Shown one piece after another: positions 51,308 to 64,000 of a stretch of DNA of 64,000 bases. Positions within the stretch are counted from its first letter, which is position 1, and each line of letters begins with the position of its first letter. The translations under genes and the position numbers were made by a program. This DNA comes from Zygnema circumcarinatum SAG 698-1b (lineage: Eukaryota > Plantae > Zygnematophyceae): the NCBI GenBank assembly GCA_037447605.1, contig CM074814.1, positions 744,001-808,000 on the forward strand, written 5' to 3'. The notes beneath the pieces are model-generated. The model was not told the DNA's origin. It saw only the letters and a program-made list of their open reading frames with translations, and did no database searches.

Positions 51308-54300
51308 TTGAAGCAATTCCTGTCACTCATGCGTAGAATCGCTGGTGGGATTTCAGAAGCTTTTTGCACATCTGTTGCAACGAGAGTCACAGCGAGCATG
51401 ACCGCCGGCCAGCATATGGAGTACGTTAGGAAAGGGAACACTTTAGTCAGGGCTTCTGTGGCAAATGGAAAGCCGAACAGGGCAGCTGATGTACCAGGAC
51501 GAGCGGCAACGCCTCCCCTTCCTCCAAGCAGAGCCTCCACACCACCTCTTGGAGGCATTTGGAGCAATTCAAGACCAAATTCTCGCCCTTCGACCCCACC
51601 TAGAGGAGTGTTCAGTTCTCGGCCGCTTACACCTCCGTTAGGTAGCCCGGAGCGGAGTACTGACCTCCCATCTCATCCTTTTTTGGTGCAACTTTCAAAT
51701 GCTCCAGGGGCTGGCCACAGAATATATACGTCTAGTCGAAGATTAGTCGAAAATGCTTTTTCAACTAGCATGAAGGCTGGAGAAGAAACAATTTCACCGA
51801 TCCATTCTCCTCCAAGAGCCGTGGAATACAAGAAATCGAAGGCTAATCAGCTCATTGCAACTAATATTGATACTTCAGCAGCCAGGAGCGGCTCTAGCTC
51901 TGCTGGTGCTACCACGGGTGAAGTGAGCCAACCTCAAAGTTTATTTAAGTCAATGAACTTCGTAACTGGCGCAAGTAAAGACCAAGCAGGCCATTCACAG
52001 AGTGGTTACTTCAAGAAAGGGAAAAATCAGATTGTTCGAGGACAGCCTGGTTCACCAATTTTGCGCTCCTCAAATGTTCATACAATAGATGGTTCTGTAA
52101 GAAGTGGATTGTTGCTACCTCCTACTGCATTTGAGTTACGACCTCTGGCGGGTCTAGCCGCTCCCACCAGACTTCAACGAGGTAATCCGTTAGTAGAGGC
52201 ATTTTCTGCATAGGGAGCTAATCACTTTTTGTTCCAGAATCTCATTTAGCTCATGTTCAAGGATGGTTGACGTCGCAACTGTTTGCATTGACACGGTTTA
52301 CTCTTCTTCTCTGCTCTTGGCCACCCACAGTGCTTTCCAAGAGCCTCCCATTGCGTCGCTCCGGAGTGTGGAAGCTGGGAACAGCGACAACCAACCAACA
52401 GCAGTCAATAGTCAAGGGTGTGTCTCGAAAAAGTCCTTTTCGACTATCTGTATTGCCATGGAAGCGGACCCCCTTCACTCCCTCCTCAAGCTTGCCAAAA
52501 GTTCGCTCTAGCCCTTTCGGAAATCGAACTATGCATGGATTTTGGCGGTAAGATGGCAGTCAATACGGTACAATCCATTCGTTTCTGCGCACTTCTCTCT
52601 TGTAGTAGCACTACTGGCCACTGATCAGGTCTTTGGAGTTACTTATCGCTAGCTTCTTCTTTTTTCTAATAACAACCAACACACTTTGTCTCAATAGAGT
52701 AGCTCCTGTAAGGGTTCCGATGACCATTTTCCTTCGGCAATTGTTGCCAAGGCAGCGGTTTGAAGTTCCTTTTTTTCAAGACTAGTTTCAGCTCCTACGG
52801 CTGTTGCACCTTCTGAGAGTTGTACGCAACCTGGCATGAGAAAGAAGTTGAATTGAGCTCCGTTTGGGCAAGTCAGGAGGCGATTGGAGAAGCAGAGAAA
52901 CATGGAAGCTTTGTATACTCGCTCGGGCGACGGATTCTCTTTGCGAAGATCAGGTGTTCGCAGTATTGCAGGGAGCAGTATAACCTGGACCAAGTCAGCA
53001 GATGAGAAGATGAAGCAGGCAAGCAAGGTACATTCTTCTTCTGCAGAGAGTTTCGCAACAGTGCTGTAAAAACCAATTTGTTTCGTGTTGCATCATATCC
53101 CTGTCTCTCCTTAGCGGGTAGAATGCAAGCTTGTTGAAGGAAGGCTTTGGGATTGCATCATGATTCGGTGAGAGCAATGGATTATTTGTACTTTGACTTA
53201 AAGCGTGAATTGGAAAGATTGTGACATGTTTTTGCACGCAACCTGATCTCATTGAAATTCCACTGAATGTATTTGCTGACACGAGAAGCTTATTTTTGGT
53301 TTCTTTGAATTATGTGGAGCTGCAGGAAGCCACCCAAGTTATGGCGGCTGTAAGCAAAAAGAGACGCGAAAAGAAGGAGGCAGCAGCTGACATGACGATG
53401 GTCAAAGCTGAAAAATTGAAAGTTCAGCATACAAAACCTCGTAAGTGTTTCCTTCTTCATGTTCAGCCTTATCAGTGCTTCTTCGAAAGCCCATGCAACT
53501 TAGAAGTGAAACGGAAGGCTATTTTATGCTCTACTTCATCCCACTTCGGCTCCTTACTCTGCTTGTTTTGAAAAAATTGAGTCGCATCTGTAAACACAGA
53601 CTGGTTAACCAGCAAACTTCAAAAGGATTACTCCTTCTTTGGACCTGCAATTGCTTTCATTTCCATTTGCTGCTCCTCCATTTTTATCCTGTCGTTGCAG
53701 GGGCTCGAATTGTGACTGTTGGTCTTCTGCGGTACAAGATGGATGCTTCAGGCCGTACACTTCAGCGGCTGCCTGGTCAGTATCTCAAGCAGAAATAGTA
53801 GCAACTGACTAAGCTTGCTTGATATTATCCAACTTTGGCAGCATATGTTGTTTACTCTGTTATCCTGGCAGAATCTTTGACATCAATGTTCATCAGAGTG
53901 GATTAGATAAATGCGGAGTTACAGATTGCCACTTAAAATCTGAAACCTAAAGCCCCCAGAAACCCTATAAATCATGAGCTATGTGCATCTGCTGGGTGTA
54001 TGGCACAGCTCATATATGGATGAACATGGTTTTGTATGCGCCTTGTTTCACACACACCTCACAACTTGGTCTTTTTTCCTATTGAGAAGGTTGAATTTGA
54101 TTTTTTGCTCTTGTCTTCTCTCCCTTGGCTTCAGACTCTCCAGGGGCTCTTGCAGCCCCAGAGCTTCCGGTTATGGGCACACCACGGCGAGCATCTATCG
54201 GCGGGACGAGGTTAGTCCCACTCGCTGTAGTTTAAAGGCACATTGCAGTACTGAGCCACATTTAGCCACAGGCATGGCTGACTGTGCTTGCCCAATCAAA

Positions 54301-56808
54301 GTTTCGTATTCTGAAAGGGTAATATGTACGGGGAACATGATGGATTGTGATGTGAAAGTGGGGTTGTGGCAGTCCAGCATTCATGTTAGGCAGGCGCAGT
54401 TTCTCTCATTCTTTTTTTCTGTATACTGCTTTTGTTTGTACTTTGTCTGTAGCACAATGTTGTTGTGGGATGTTCTATGCAGCTATGTTCGTGTGGGCAG
54501 TGGCAATCAGTTAGTGCGCGATCCAAAAGCTGCAAGCAAAGCCTTAGCGAGGTGGGCTGTCCTTTCATCTTCCTTGACAGACTCGCCAATCCTGAAGAAT
54601 GTTCCTTTTCTAGTCTCAAATCTTTTGTCTGTTTCCTTACTTATTTTCTTCATATGACTGGTTATTTTGCAAACAAGGCTTTTCAGGCTCTTTTCACACT
54701 TAAGATGGCACCTTCTGTGGTCAAGAATGTTGTAGTGCAGTTTTGCTACCACGAATGTTCAGCTTCTTGCTTGCCTATATCCCTTCTGCTCTTTCCTTGG
54801 ATATTGCACAATGTAGAAGCTCTTCGGAGCGGGGTTGTTGTATGTTGTATGGGTGCATACAAACAGTGAGAGAGTGCGGTACAGTCTCCACAACGCGAGG
54901 GTGCGGAAAGCGAAGCCCAAAGGCTATTGCCAGTTCTTCACTCGCTTTGGGAAGTGTAAGAAGAAGGACAGTGGGCAGTGTCCGTACATCCATGATCCCG
55001 ACAAGGTGGCAGTCTGCACCAAGTTTTTGAAGGGAAATTGCACAACTCCCAACTGCCCACTTACTCATAAAGTGAGCAGCCTAAACCCCCTATTTATTTT
55101 TATTATTTTTTTTTAGTGAACCCCCTATTTCAGTGAGCTTTTAGCCTTCGGATTACAGGCTCGTGCTTCCTTGAAGGTGATTGGTATACAGAGAATTTGT
55201 GTGTGATTTCTGGCTTGTGTTATGACATGCATGCACCGATGCCGTCTAATGAACGACACTTTTTTTTTGTTGAGTCTGTTCTGAATATGTACAGCATGCG
55301 CCTTGTTTTGAACATGTGCATCAGAAATCGTTGACTTAGCGGTGACCTTTTTAAGTTCAGGAGTGTTCAAACTTGGCCCACCGATCCACGTCACGATGCT
55401 AAATGCCGAATGCTAAATTTACATCATTTTATTTCAAATTACTAAAGGTAATACTAAATTCCTAATCAAATTACTAAAGATTAATATGTTTCTATTGCTG
55501 CAGGTGGCTGCAGCGAGAATGCCAGATTGTTCGTACTTTTTGCAAGGTAGGTGGCGCTTTTCAAAACCCATAGAAAGTTACGACTCCGAGCGATTTCAGG
55601 AGTCCTGAGCACTCTCACTCTTTCTGAGAGTACTCTTTCTACTTTGCAAAAGTTCCTTATTTCAACCTAACCTCCTGGGCTTTGATTGATGTATCAAGGG
55701 GTGTAAGATGGAGATGATATATTCTCTATTCTCGTCTCTCTGCTTGTCGGTCAGCACAATACAATATACAGTATGGAGGGTTTCTATGCTCTTTTGCAAT
55801 GCTGTGAGTGCTTGTATACTTGCACGCTTTGTATTGTTTTTCGCTTCAGTACGCATAGCTGGCCTCCAATCCGGTAGAGCCACTTTGCTGCTTGTTGGGA
55901 GGGGAGGGATAGGGCTCTGCACCAATGAGAGCTGCCCATATCGCCACGTCAACGTGAATTCGAATGCAGCTGTTTGCGATGCTTTTTTGAAGGGCTATTG
56001 CGAGCAGGGAGATGCGGTAGGCTTTGCCAGCTGGCAGGACCTGCCTTTCCCTATGATTTGCTCCCACTAGCGATAGAGCTATTTTGTCCTCTTTTCATCC
56101 AATCAAATTTTCTTGTTCTGATCAATTAATTATGTAGATATGCTGAAAGCCCATGTAGAGAATAGTATGCGGAAAGGGAGGTTGGTTAAGGCTTCAGGGC
56201 GCCTCTGTGAGTTCATTTTCAGGTCCTGTACGGTCGACAGTGTAGCGAGTCTCTTAGAATATCACCAATGGGAACTCACAGAAATGCATTTTGAGGCAAA
56301 GGAAAAATTCACCGTTTTCGATGATCCAACAAACATGCTGTTCCATTTTCACTTTTCTCGTTTTCTTTTATCTTTTTTCCCTTGGCAGTGCGACAAAAAG
56401 CACACATACATCTGCCCCGCATATGCAGCCAGTGGAGAGTGTGATGAAGGCCCCAAATGTCACATGCTGCATCCAAAAGTGAGGCAGACGAAGAAGCATG
56501 GAGGGATAGGGGAGAGAGCTCAAAGGAAGGAGGAAGGGAATAGAGGTCGTTACTTCAAAGGAGCGGCATCCACCGAGCAGGCGACGAAGAGGAAAGAAAA
56601 ACGCAAACGGGAAGATGGTGTTGGGAGAAAGAATGTGAAGAAGAGGGCTATGGTTCACGTTGACTTAGGTGATGGGGGCATACTTTTGGGAGACAGTTCA
56701 GAGGATGAAGGCGAGGAAAATGAAGGCTCTGCAGACGATGACGTAGTTGAGATAAGGAAGAGTGAAAGTGCAATGGAGGGAATGGCAAGCGAATTCATCG
56801 AGTTGTAA
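51308..56808 (+). CDS. SOP1: Large CCCH zinc-finger protein, SOP1/At1g21580 and ZC3H3-like, multi-exon (5' end uncertain)
   Basis: LRYKMDASGRTLQRL, YVRVGSGNQLVRDPK, KPKGYCQFFTRFGKC..CPYIHDPDKVAVCTKFLKGNC..CPLTHKV, MPDCSYFLQG, CPYRHVNVN..VCDAFLKGYC, CDKKHTYICP..CHMLHPK. Confidence 0.82.
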
Positions 56809-58739
56809 AGTGCAGTGAGAGGCTTGGGCGGGGTAGGAAGTGGTAGGCAGGAAAATTATCACAGGCAATAATGATTGTAATGACGAAGAAACTGCGTTTT
56901 TACAGGTAGCTAAGATTCGGCTGCTGGTAATAATTAGGGCTTTCAGATAGGAACAGTATTGAAGCTATGTTCAGTGAAAGAGATGCAGTTCTGAATCTAA
57001 ACTGGCAGTATAGTGTAACGGAAATGGAATGAATAGGGCTAAGCCTGTAACAAGAATGATGGACGAGTGGGAAATCTTCGAACATAATCGGGAATGAAGA
57101 GGTAGAGAGGTAAGTCTCCTGCTCCCATCTCCCATATCTATCTTTTGGGCTCATTTCTGACTCTTGGCTTTCCTGAAGTGGTTTGCTACCCGTGCAGTCA
57201 GAGCAGCTCTTTGGTTTTGCCCTAAGTCAGAAGGCGGCTGCTTAGAACCCTAACCTCTCAGACTTGACTTCCACATTTCTATGGTCTGACAGCTGTGCTT
57301 TCATTTCTCCAGATGCAGGCTCTATTCATGGATTCTGACAGGGGCTCAAATGAGTACTCCTCTTACCTTACTCTCTATTTCTGATCCGCTTTATGAGAAA
57401 AAAGTTCTCAAATTTGCAGGTGGTCATAAGGGGTGATGGGGCTGTGCCAGGTGAAACAATCCCGCAGAAAAAGAGGCAACTGTGTACATAACTGAGGTGT
57501 GAAATTTCTCTCATTCCCTTTTCCATGTGTTGAAGTTTGCAATGGATCCTTTGCCCACAGGAAGGGAAGGCCTTTCTCTCATGGGCTTCACTCTTTTCTC
57601 ATGCGGTCGGAGCATCTCCCAACATGATGCCATAACGTAAGTTGATTCCTTTTATCGGTTACATTTAGATAAATTCATTCTACTTGAAATCATCTGGCAT
57701 TCTGTACTCGAGATAATCTGTGTGTGCTTACTGTCACTCTGCTTCGGGTTACTCCTGCGTTGGAGTATGGTAGGACCACATTTGAGCCTCTGTAAAAAGC
57801 ATTAATGTGCACAGAAACCTCTAGCTGTTGTTTCTTGACGGAGTTCCATGCCCTTGTCTCTGTGATCTTCCACTCCTGCATTTAGACTTCGCCCTTAGCA
57901 TTAGCTTTTTTACCGTTGCCCATTCATCTTATTTCATTCACTTGTCAATCATTGTATGGTAATGACGATGATGTTGATGTTAATGATGATGCAGCAGGAG
58001 GATGGGCAGCAGCAGCCCCCCCTTGAGCAAGGAGAGGCCCACTTGAAGATGGAAGTGAAGATTCGACTCTCTGCACTCAACCGAGTCATGCAACGGCCCG
58101 GACCAAGTCCTCAGTTTCTGCCTCGAGTGCGGAATCTGCAAATTTATGCTCTCTTTGAGCCATTTTTGAAGCCCACTTTGAGCCATTTTTTAAGAGTTGT
58201 AGGAGGAACTACAGAACTGTTTTGACTTCCTGTTCTATGTGCTCTCTTCAACAGTGCAATATATTTTTTTAGGAGTCATATGCTTGTCTTTTTGTTTCTT
58301 TTCTCTCATTTGTTGTTACGTGGGGACGGAAAATGGGTTGCCTGATGTTGATGCGCGGTTTCATGACTTTTTGTTCAAATGAAATGTTTGGAAGTCTCTT
58401 TCCGCTCCTTTCTCTATGTGGGGCGAACTACGTCAGCTATTGCGGTTTTTGTAAAGAAAAAAATGTGGGAGGGAAAGAATAGACAACCCGATAGGAAACG
58501 AAGATCGATGAGCGGCTCTGCACGTTTTATCGAAGCCCACAAACCAAATTTCAATGGGCTTCAACGAACTGGGCCTTAGGTCTTTCATGGTGCTTTTTAG
58601 CTGACTTGTTTTCAACCACTCAGTATTGGCAGCGCATTGGCCCCTTGCCAACGCCGTAGAGGGAGAAGGAAGAAGGGAGAAGGGAGACGGGAGAAGGCAG
58701 AGGGATGGGAGATGGAGAGGAAGGGACTCAATGACTGCC

Positions 58740-59300
58740 AAGCATTGGCAATGGGTGCGAACCGTTGATTCACGACCCCGCTAATCGTTGCCGATACGGT
58801 AGCTTAGACGAGAATGAGGAAGTGGTATTGATCTCGGTAGCTTGGATTCAATAGAGGGTGTCAGACGTAAAAAAAATTGGCAGCCAACGATTGCCAATGG
58901 TTTGAACCATTTGCATCTATGGTAATGGTTGGCAACCATTAAGGGGAACATTCACACTCACATTCACATTCACATTCACATTCACATTCACATTAACATT
59001 AACATCAACATTAACATGGTTTGTCCATGTACATTTGATGGCCTCGCCATTGTGAGATCAATGCCACTTCCATCCTCGTTGGCACCCATTGCCATTCCAA
59101 TGGTTGCCGATCCAATTAATGGTTGGCGCTCCCTCTGCAATTTTGCACAAAGAGACCGTAGGCCGAACCTATCCGCCAACCAACGGCCCTACACTTTTTT
59201 TACTGTGCCAACCGTTGCCGGCAATCCCTCTGCCGTACACCTGCCCCCCGTGCCGCGTTCGTACGGTCAGTATTTGTACACTTCCGTACTGTATCCCATT
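58740..59300. mobile_element. DNA transposon derivative with CCAATGG repeats, a TIR-like end near 58855 and an internal (CACATT)n microsatellite at 58947-59016
   Basis: Motif family shared with the 18.5 and 30.2 kb regions; 44-bp identity with 9321-9364. Confidence 0.55.
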
Positions 59301-59583
59301 CCGTACCGTATCTGCGAATGCGAGGGTGAAGCTGCTCTGTTCTCCAGCTAGCTCTGTAAGCTTGGCAGTCCGTGACCACTGTCACGCCCGCCGGCTTGCA
59401 AGTCCCTTGCATACTGACTCCGTGTCACGTCGCTGTCCACGTCCCCTCTCCCGGTCCTTAGCCATTTTCCGGCTGCCGTCCGCGCTGCCGTCAAACTTAA
59501 TTGTGGCGTGGAAGACGTGCGGATGAAGCGAAATAGTGTCTGCCTGCCTCCCTCTTTGATGGCTTGTTTCTTTTAAGACAGAA

Positions 59584-59700
59584 ATGCCGCCAATAACGAA
59601 GAGCTTGAAGCTTGTGAAGTTCCAACAAGGACATGAAAGCACGTTTGGTTTCAAGGTCACTGTTCGGGACTCTAAAACAGGCCTTGTGTGCGTTTCTCAG
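59584..59700 (+). pseudogene. Possible N-terminal fragment of a hAT-like transposase
   Basis: MPPITKSLKLVKFQQGHESTFGFKVTVRDSKTG resembles recalled N-termini of a bryophyte/oomycete transposase family (FQxGHxxxYGLKxxxRD); no catalytic part seen. Confidence 0.3.
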
Positions 59701-60283
59701 TTGAAGGGCTTATGCATAGCTTTCATTTGTTGGCATTGCCATTGGTTGGCTGACTGGCGAGTTGATGCTTGAAGCATTGGTGAAGTTCATGGATTCTTTA
59801 TGTAGCCACTCTTTGTGGCGAGAAACAATGGTGGGTATGTCCACTGGTGGAGGTACTGATGACATTCGAATGCTACTATGAGACAAAAACTTCATCCAAA
59901 GTACAACAAAGTATAGAAAAGGTACAAAAAAGTACAAACAAAGTACATAAGAAGTACAAACCCCTTTAACTCCCTTAACCGAAACTCAAAGCCATCCCTT
60001 AATGGAGTTAAAAACGGGACTTTTACAAGAACTCCCTTATTTGAGGATGCCTGCCGCCCGCCCGTCACCGCTGTTCCTACCGTACGGTACGGTCGTGGAC
60101 TTTCAAACTCCCATCGTCATCTCGACACGTGGACGGTTCTCCATCCATTGATCGACGGCCCCTGAAATGCCACGTCACCTCATCATCCCCACTTTGTCCT
60201 TATCCCCCGCCCCCTCCCCCCCCGGCTCCGCCCCTCCGAGTAACCCCCTCTCGCGGCGAGCTTCGCGGGGTGGCTTTATGGAG

Positions 60284-60437
60284 AATCGACGGTCCAGATC
60301 GCTCCATCGTGTAAAATTGACGGCCCAAGTTTCCCCGTCGTATAATAATCGACGGCCCAGATATCTCCATCGTGGACAATTGACGGCTCAGATCGTTCCA
60401 TCGTGGAAAGTCGACGGTCCAAATTTCTCCATCGCGA
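60284..60437. repeat. Five 31-32 bp tandem units, each with an internal inverted pair (C/T)GACGG...CC(A/G)TCG
   Basis: aatcgacggtccagatcgctccatcg and four variants, read directly. Confidence 0.85.
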
Positions 60438-60989
60438 CCTCCGCAGGCCTCGCCGCGTATCGCGGGCCGGCAAATCTACAAATACTGTCGTATCTGTCCG
60501 ACGTGTCAAAACGACAAACGTACTGCGCTCTCATTGGTTGCTCATTCGGCAAAAGTGCCCTCTTGCCGAACCCACCGACCTACGCTCCTCCCCTGCCGAC
60601 CTACCCTCCACCTCCTCCCAGCCAATCAGCACGCGCGGCCTCCTGTCAGAAGATCCGTCCCTCCCTCCGCCGGACACGTAGCTGGAGCTGACGTGGCGCG
60701 CCGACACTTCCCCTTTAGGAGACCCGCACGTGCGAGGCCCCCGCGCTCGCCTCGCACGAGCGAGCAGCGCGCCCCGCGCTGGGGGACTTATGCCGCGCCC
60801 CGAGACCTCCGCTACTTAGCGTGCGGCGCGAAGGGGGTTAGTGTGGGCACGCACAGAGAGACAGAGAGGGAGATATTGGGAGAGAGAGAGGGAGAAAGAG
60901 AGACACAGAGGGAGAGGGAGACAAGCGCAGACACACAGCTACAGGCACACACAGACAGGCACAAAGGACGAGAGAGGGAGGGAGTGAAA

Positions 60990-62736
60990 ATGCCGAGTCA
61001 GAAGCGATCCAGAAAGGGGCAGGTTGTGGGGGAGGTGGCGGTGTACGGGGGCGGGCCCATGGCTGGGGCCATGGCGGCCGCGCAAGGGGGGGCGGTGAAG
61101 GCCGAGCTGGAGACGGCTCCGAGCTTCATGCCTGGCACGCCCAAGGGTGAGTGCGGGATAGGGAGAAGAGGGGGGAAGGGAGGGGCAATTCATGAGGTAG
61201 TGAGAGAGAGTGAGAATTACGCTTTGCTGCATTGTAAGCAGCTCTTTTATCCAGCTCCCTCAGCTGAACGTGATGGAGCTGGACCAACTGTAGCTTCCTC
61301 TACGGCGGAACACCACAGAATAGATCGAGAGAAAGGAATTATAGGGAGAGACACATTGAGTGAGAGAGAGGGTCACTCTCACTCTCACTAACATTCCACC
61401 TCTCTCTTTTTATCTCTCTCTCTTTCTGCAGGGAAGCACATTCGCCGACCTGTTCCCAACCCTCGCCCTCCCGTCCCCGTCATCCGCAGCATCCCTGAAG
61501 AAGACGACGACGACCTCGACGACGGAGAGGGAGAGCGAGAGAGAGGCGGAGGGAGAGAGGGAGAGATCGGCGACCTGAAGCGTCCCCGCCTCTCTCCCGA
61601 GCAGGTCCGCAGCCTTGAGCGGTCCTTCGCTGACGAGAACAAGCTCGAGCCCGAGAGGAAGCGGCTGCTCGCCCGCCAACTGGGCCTGAGGCCGCGCCAA
61701 GTGGCGGTTTGGTTTCAGAACAGGAGGGTGCGCTGGAAGACAAAGCAGATGGAGAAGGACTATGGAGGTTTGAAGGGGGACTTTGACGCGCTCATTGTGG
61801 ACTACGACATGGTGAGGGCGGACTACAACTTGTTGAAGGTCGACTATGAGGATTTGCTGCACGAGAACGCGCAGCTCTGTGCTCAGGTACGGAGAGAGAA
61901 AGAGAGCTTTTTGGGTTTGATTTTGGGGGGGTATTAAGGTGGGGTGGGTGAGAGAGAGAGCTGAGTGGGGTACATTTTCGCTCTCCTTCTTTTTTTTTGT
62001 TTTGGATGCTTTTGTAGGGTCCATGGGGGGTGATTTGAATCTCTATGCTTTCTTTCTGTCCTGTGTTCTTTCCTCTGTTTTATACATTGACTGCATTTTT
62101 CTGGAGGGTTGAGCTGACCTTTGCTATGTGCAATGTTTGTTTGCTGTGCAGTTGACCCACTTGAACGAGAAGCTCTTAGCCATGGAGGACGGCACTTCTC
62201 CTGCACGGGCCATGTCTGCAGAAGAAGAAGCCCCAGAGCTTGCCATGGAGGGAGAGAGAGCGGGAGAGCCCACTACCACCATAGGTGGGAGGTGTCAGGC
62301 GTCTCAGGGCAATGACACGTGTCAGGCTACGGAGAAGCCTGAGGAGGCGAGCTGCCAGCTCCCTGAGCAGACATTTGCACACGGGGAGGGAGGGGACCTC
62401 GGAATGAGAGAGGACAGGGAGGGAGGCAGCCCCACATCCTCTGGGAGTGGTGTGACTGACGGGAACAGCTCCCAAAAGAGGGACGGAGGGGCCACAAGCA
62501 GGCCCGCATTGAGAGGGAGTGTGAGTATGGAGATTGACAGTCAGGCGGAGGCTCTCCCTCCCCTCCCTCCTCTAATGGAGCTGCCAGAGACTCCCGGTAC
62601 TGAGGACTCGGGTCTTTGGGGCTCTCTCTCGTCTTCTTCACTCTCCATGTTCGCGGACGAGATGTGTGACAATATGGAGCTTTTGGGGGACCTTGGGTGT
62701 GCGCCGTGGTGGGAGAGGGAGTCGAGGGAGGCGTGA
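60990..62736 (+). CDS. Class I HD-Zip transcription factor, 3 exons 60990-61146, 61432-61886, 62152-62736
   Basis: [62 protein letters not shown] homeodomain plus adjacent zipper; C-terminal acidic/aromatic PWW motif. Confidence 0.95.
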
Positions 62737-63556
62737 GTGACTGAGGAGAGAAACCACGAAGTGGGGCCAACAAGGTTGCTTTACACGACTTCTAGGGCCA
62801 TTCGATGTTGAGTAGAAAGGTGTGTGACACAACTGTTGTACATTCTAGTAGGGTCTGAATGATGGCGCTCAGAGGTCTTCCCTTTGAGACAGAAAGTAGT
62901 TTGGAGTCAATTAGAGGCGCACTGTCTGCCTGTGGAGGGAACGCTCCGACACAGTCAAGCAGAATGCATGCAGGTATCATTAGTAGTTTGAGAGAGAGAT
63001 AGCGAAGGAGCGTGGGAGAGGGAGGGAGGGAGAGGGAGAGGGATAGGGAGGGAAGCAAGGTTTCTATAAAGACCTCTTTTTTGAGTTAGGCAGTGACTTG
63101 ACATTTGGGTCGGGGGGGAGTAAAGGCGTAAGGATAAAAGAGGCTACGATATGTGTGTGCGCATATGCACAGAGATAGGTCAGAGCAGCCTAAGGGCACA
63201 TTGCAGACCATTTTCGTGTAAAGTAGCGAGCAGGCTCTAGGAGTGTTTTCTCTTAAGTTCGAGTGTGCTTTTAGTCACTTGGCAGGTACACCTACCTATT
63301 TAAGGAATAATATACGCCGGATATTGTCACTTTCTATTGCTTCTACATGTATGTGTGCTGGGCATGGGCAATGTATGGAGGGATTTGAGAACCTTTAAAA
63401 GGTTCTAAATGAGTGGAATGCTTCCCTATCCACGAATGCAAAGGGGTGACAACTGCTCTTCAACTCCATGGCTGCATGGATGTGTGCTTGCTTGGAAGTT
63501 TGGAAGTATGGGGACTGCCAATTTGAAGTCCTTATGAATGGAGAAAGATCAGGCAT

Positions 63557-63601
<45 letters not shown>

Positions 63602-64000
63602 TATGAAGCCTTCCTTATAAGCCCTTTCAGAGAGAACGGTTCCGACTTTCATCGGCGGAAGAGCTCCAGCGGACCAAGGAGGAGGGCACAAGAGGCGAAG
63701 CGAAATTCGGAAGTTCAAGTACAAAACGGCTGGAAAAAGGCCGAGGGCGCGGTCTCCATACCCAACGCTTTGCGCGCTGTTGAACTGTAGTTCCACTCAC
63801 GTTCAACAAGACTGTAACGGAAGCAGCGAGCAAGCAGTGAAATATCCCAACGTTTGGCCACGTGGGCGCTGGCAAGGGGGATGTCTCAAAAGATATGCAG
63901 ATTTGGTCGAGATCGAAATGAGTAACATTTTATACGTCAAGGGGACCGAGAACGTACTGGTTTCGAAAGAAATTCACTAGCGAGACCCCTACGATTAGCT

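Noticed and set aside
60284-60437. CRISPR-like palindromic repeats
   Set aside because: Units are contiguous and homologous along their length; there are no unique spacers

Overview
Eukaryotic, intron-rich, gene-dense streptophyte DNA; divergent plant-type proteins suggest a zygnematophycean or other charophyte alga, which is inference. Three 10-N assembly gaps lie at 1242-1251, 31964-31973 and 44876-44885. Spliced genes in order: At4g14310-like KIN14B-interacting protein (-), PPDK regulatory protein (-), FIDGETIN-like 1 (+), augmin subunit HAUS1/AUG1 (+), a guanosine deaminase-like gene with a Cys-to-Ser change in its zinc motif (-), RPS9 (+), orphan 3' exons of an unknown gene (-), oleosin (+), GNA1 with a long N-terminal extension (-), SOP1/ZC3H3-like CCCH protein (+) and a class I HD-Zip (+). 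Between 31.5 and 45.8 kb is a nested transposon stack: two Ty3/gypsy LTR retrotransposons in opposite orientation, a solo LTR of the same family (about 1 kb LTR, TGTAGC...GCTACA, 4-bp TSD) and four TA-flanked MITEs. The stack lies in and between two copies of the G-box-rich oleosin upstream region. The most unusual signal is that both full-length retroelements have a 5' LTR lacking the terminal TGTGCTACA seen at all three right-hand ends. Parts of the retroelement interiors look like unpolished long-read sequence, so claims there carry that caveat.
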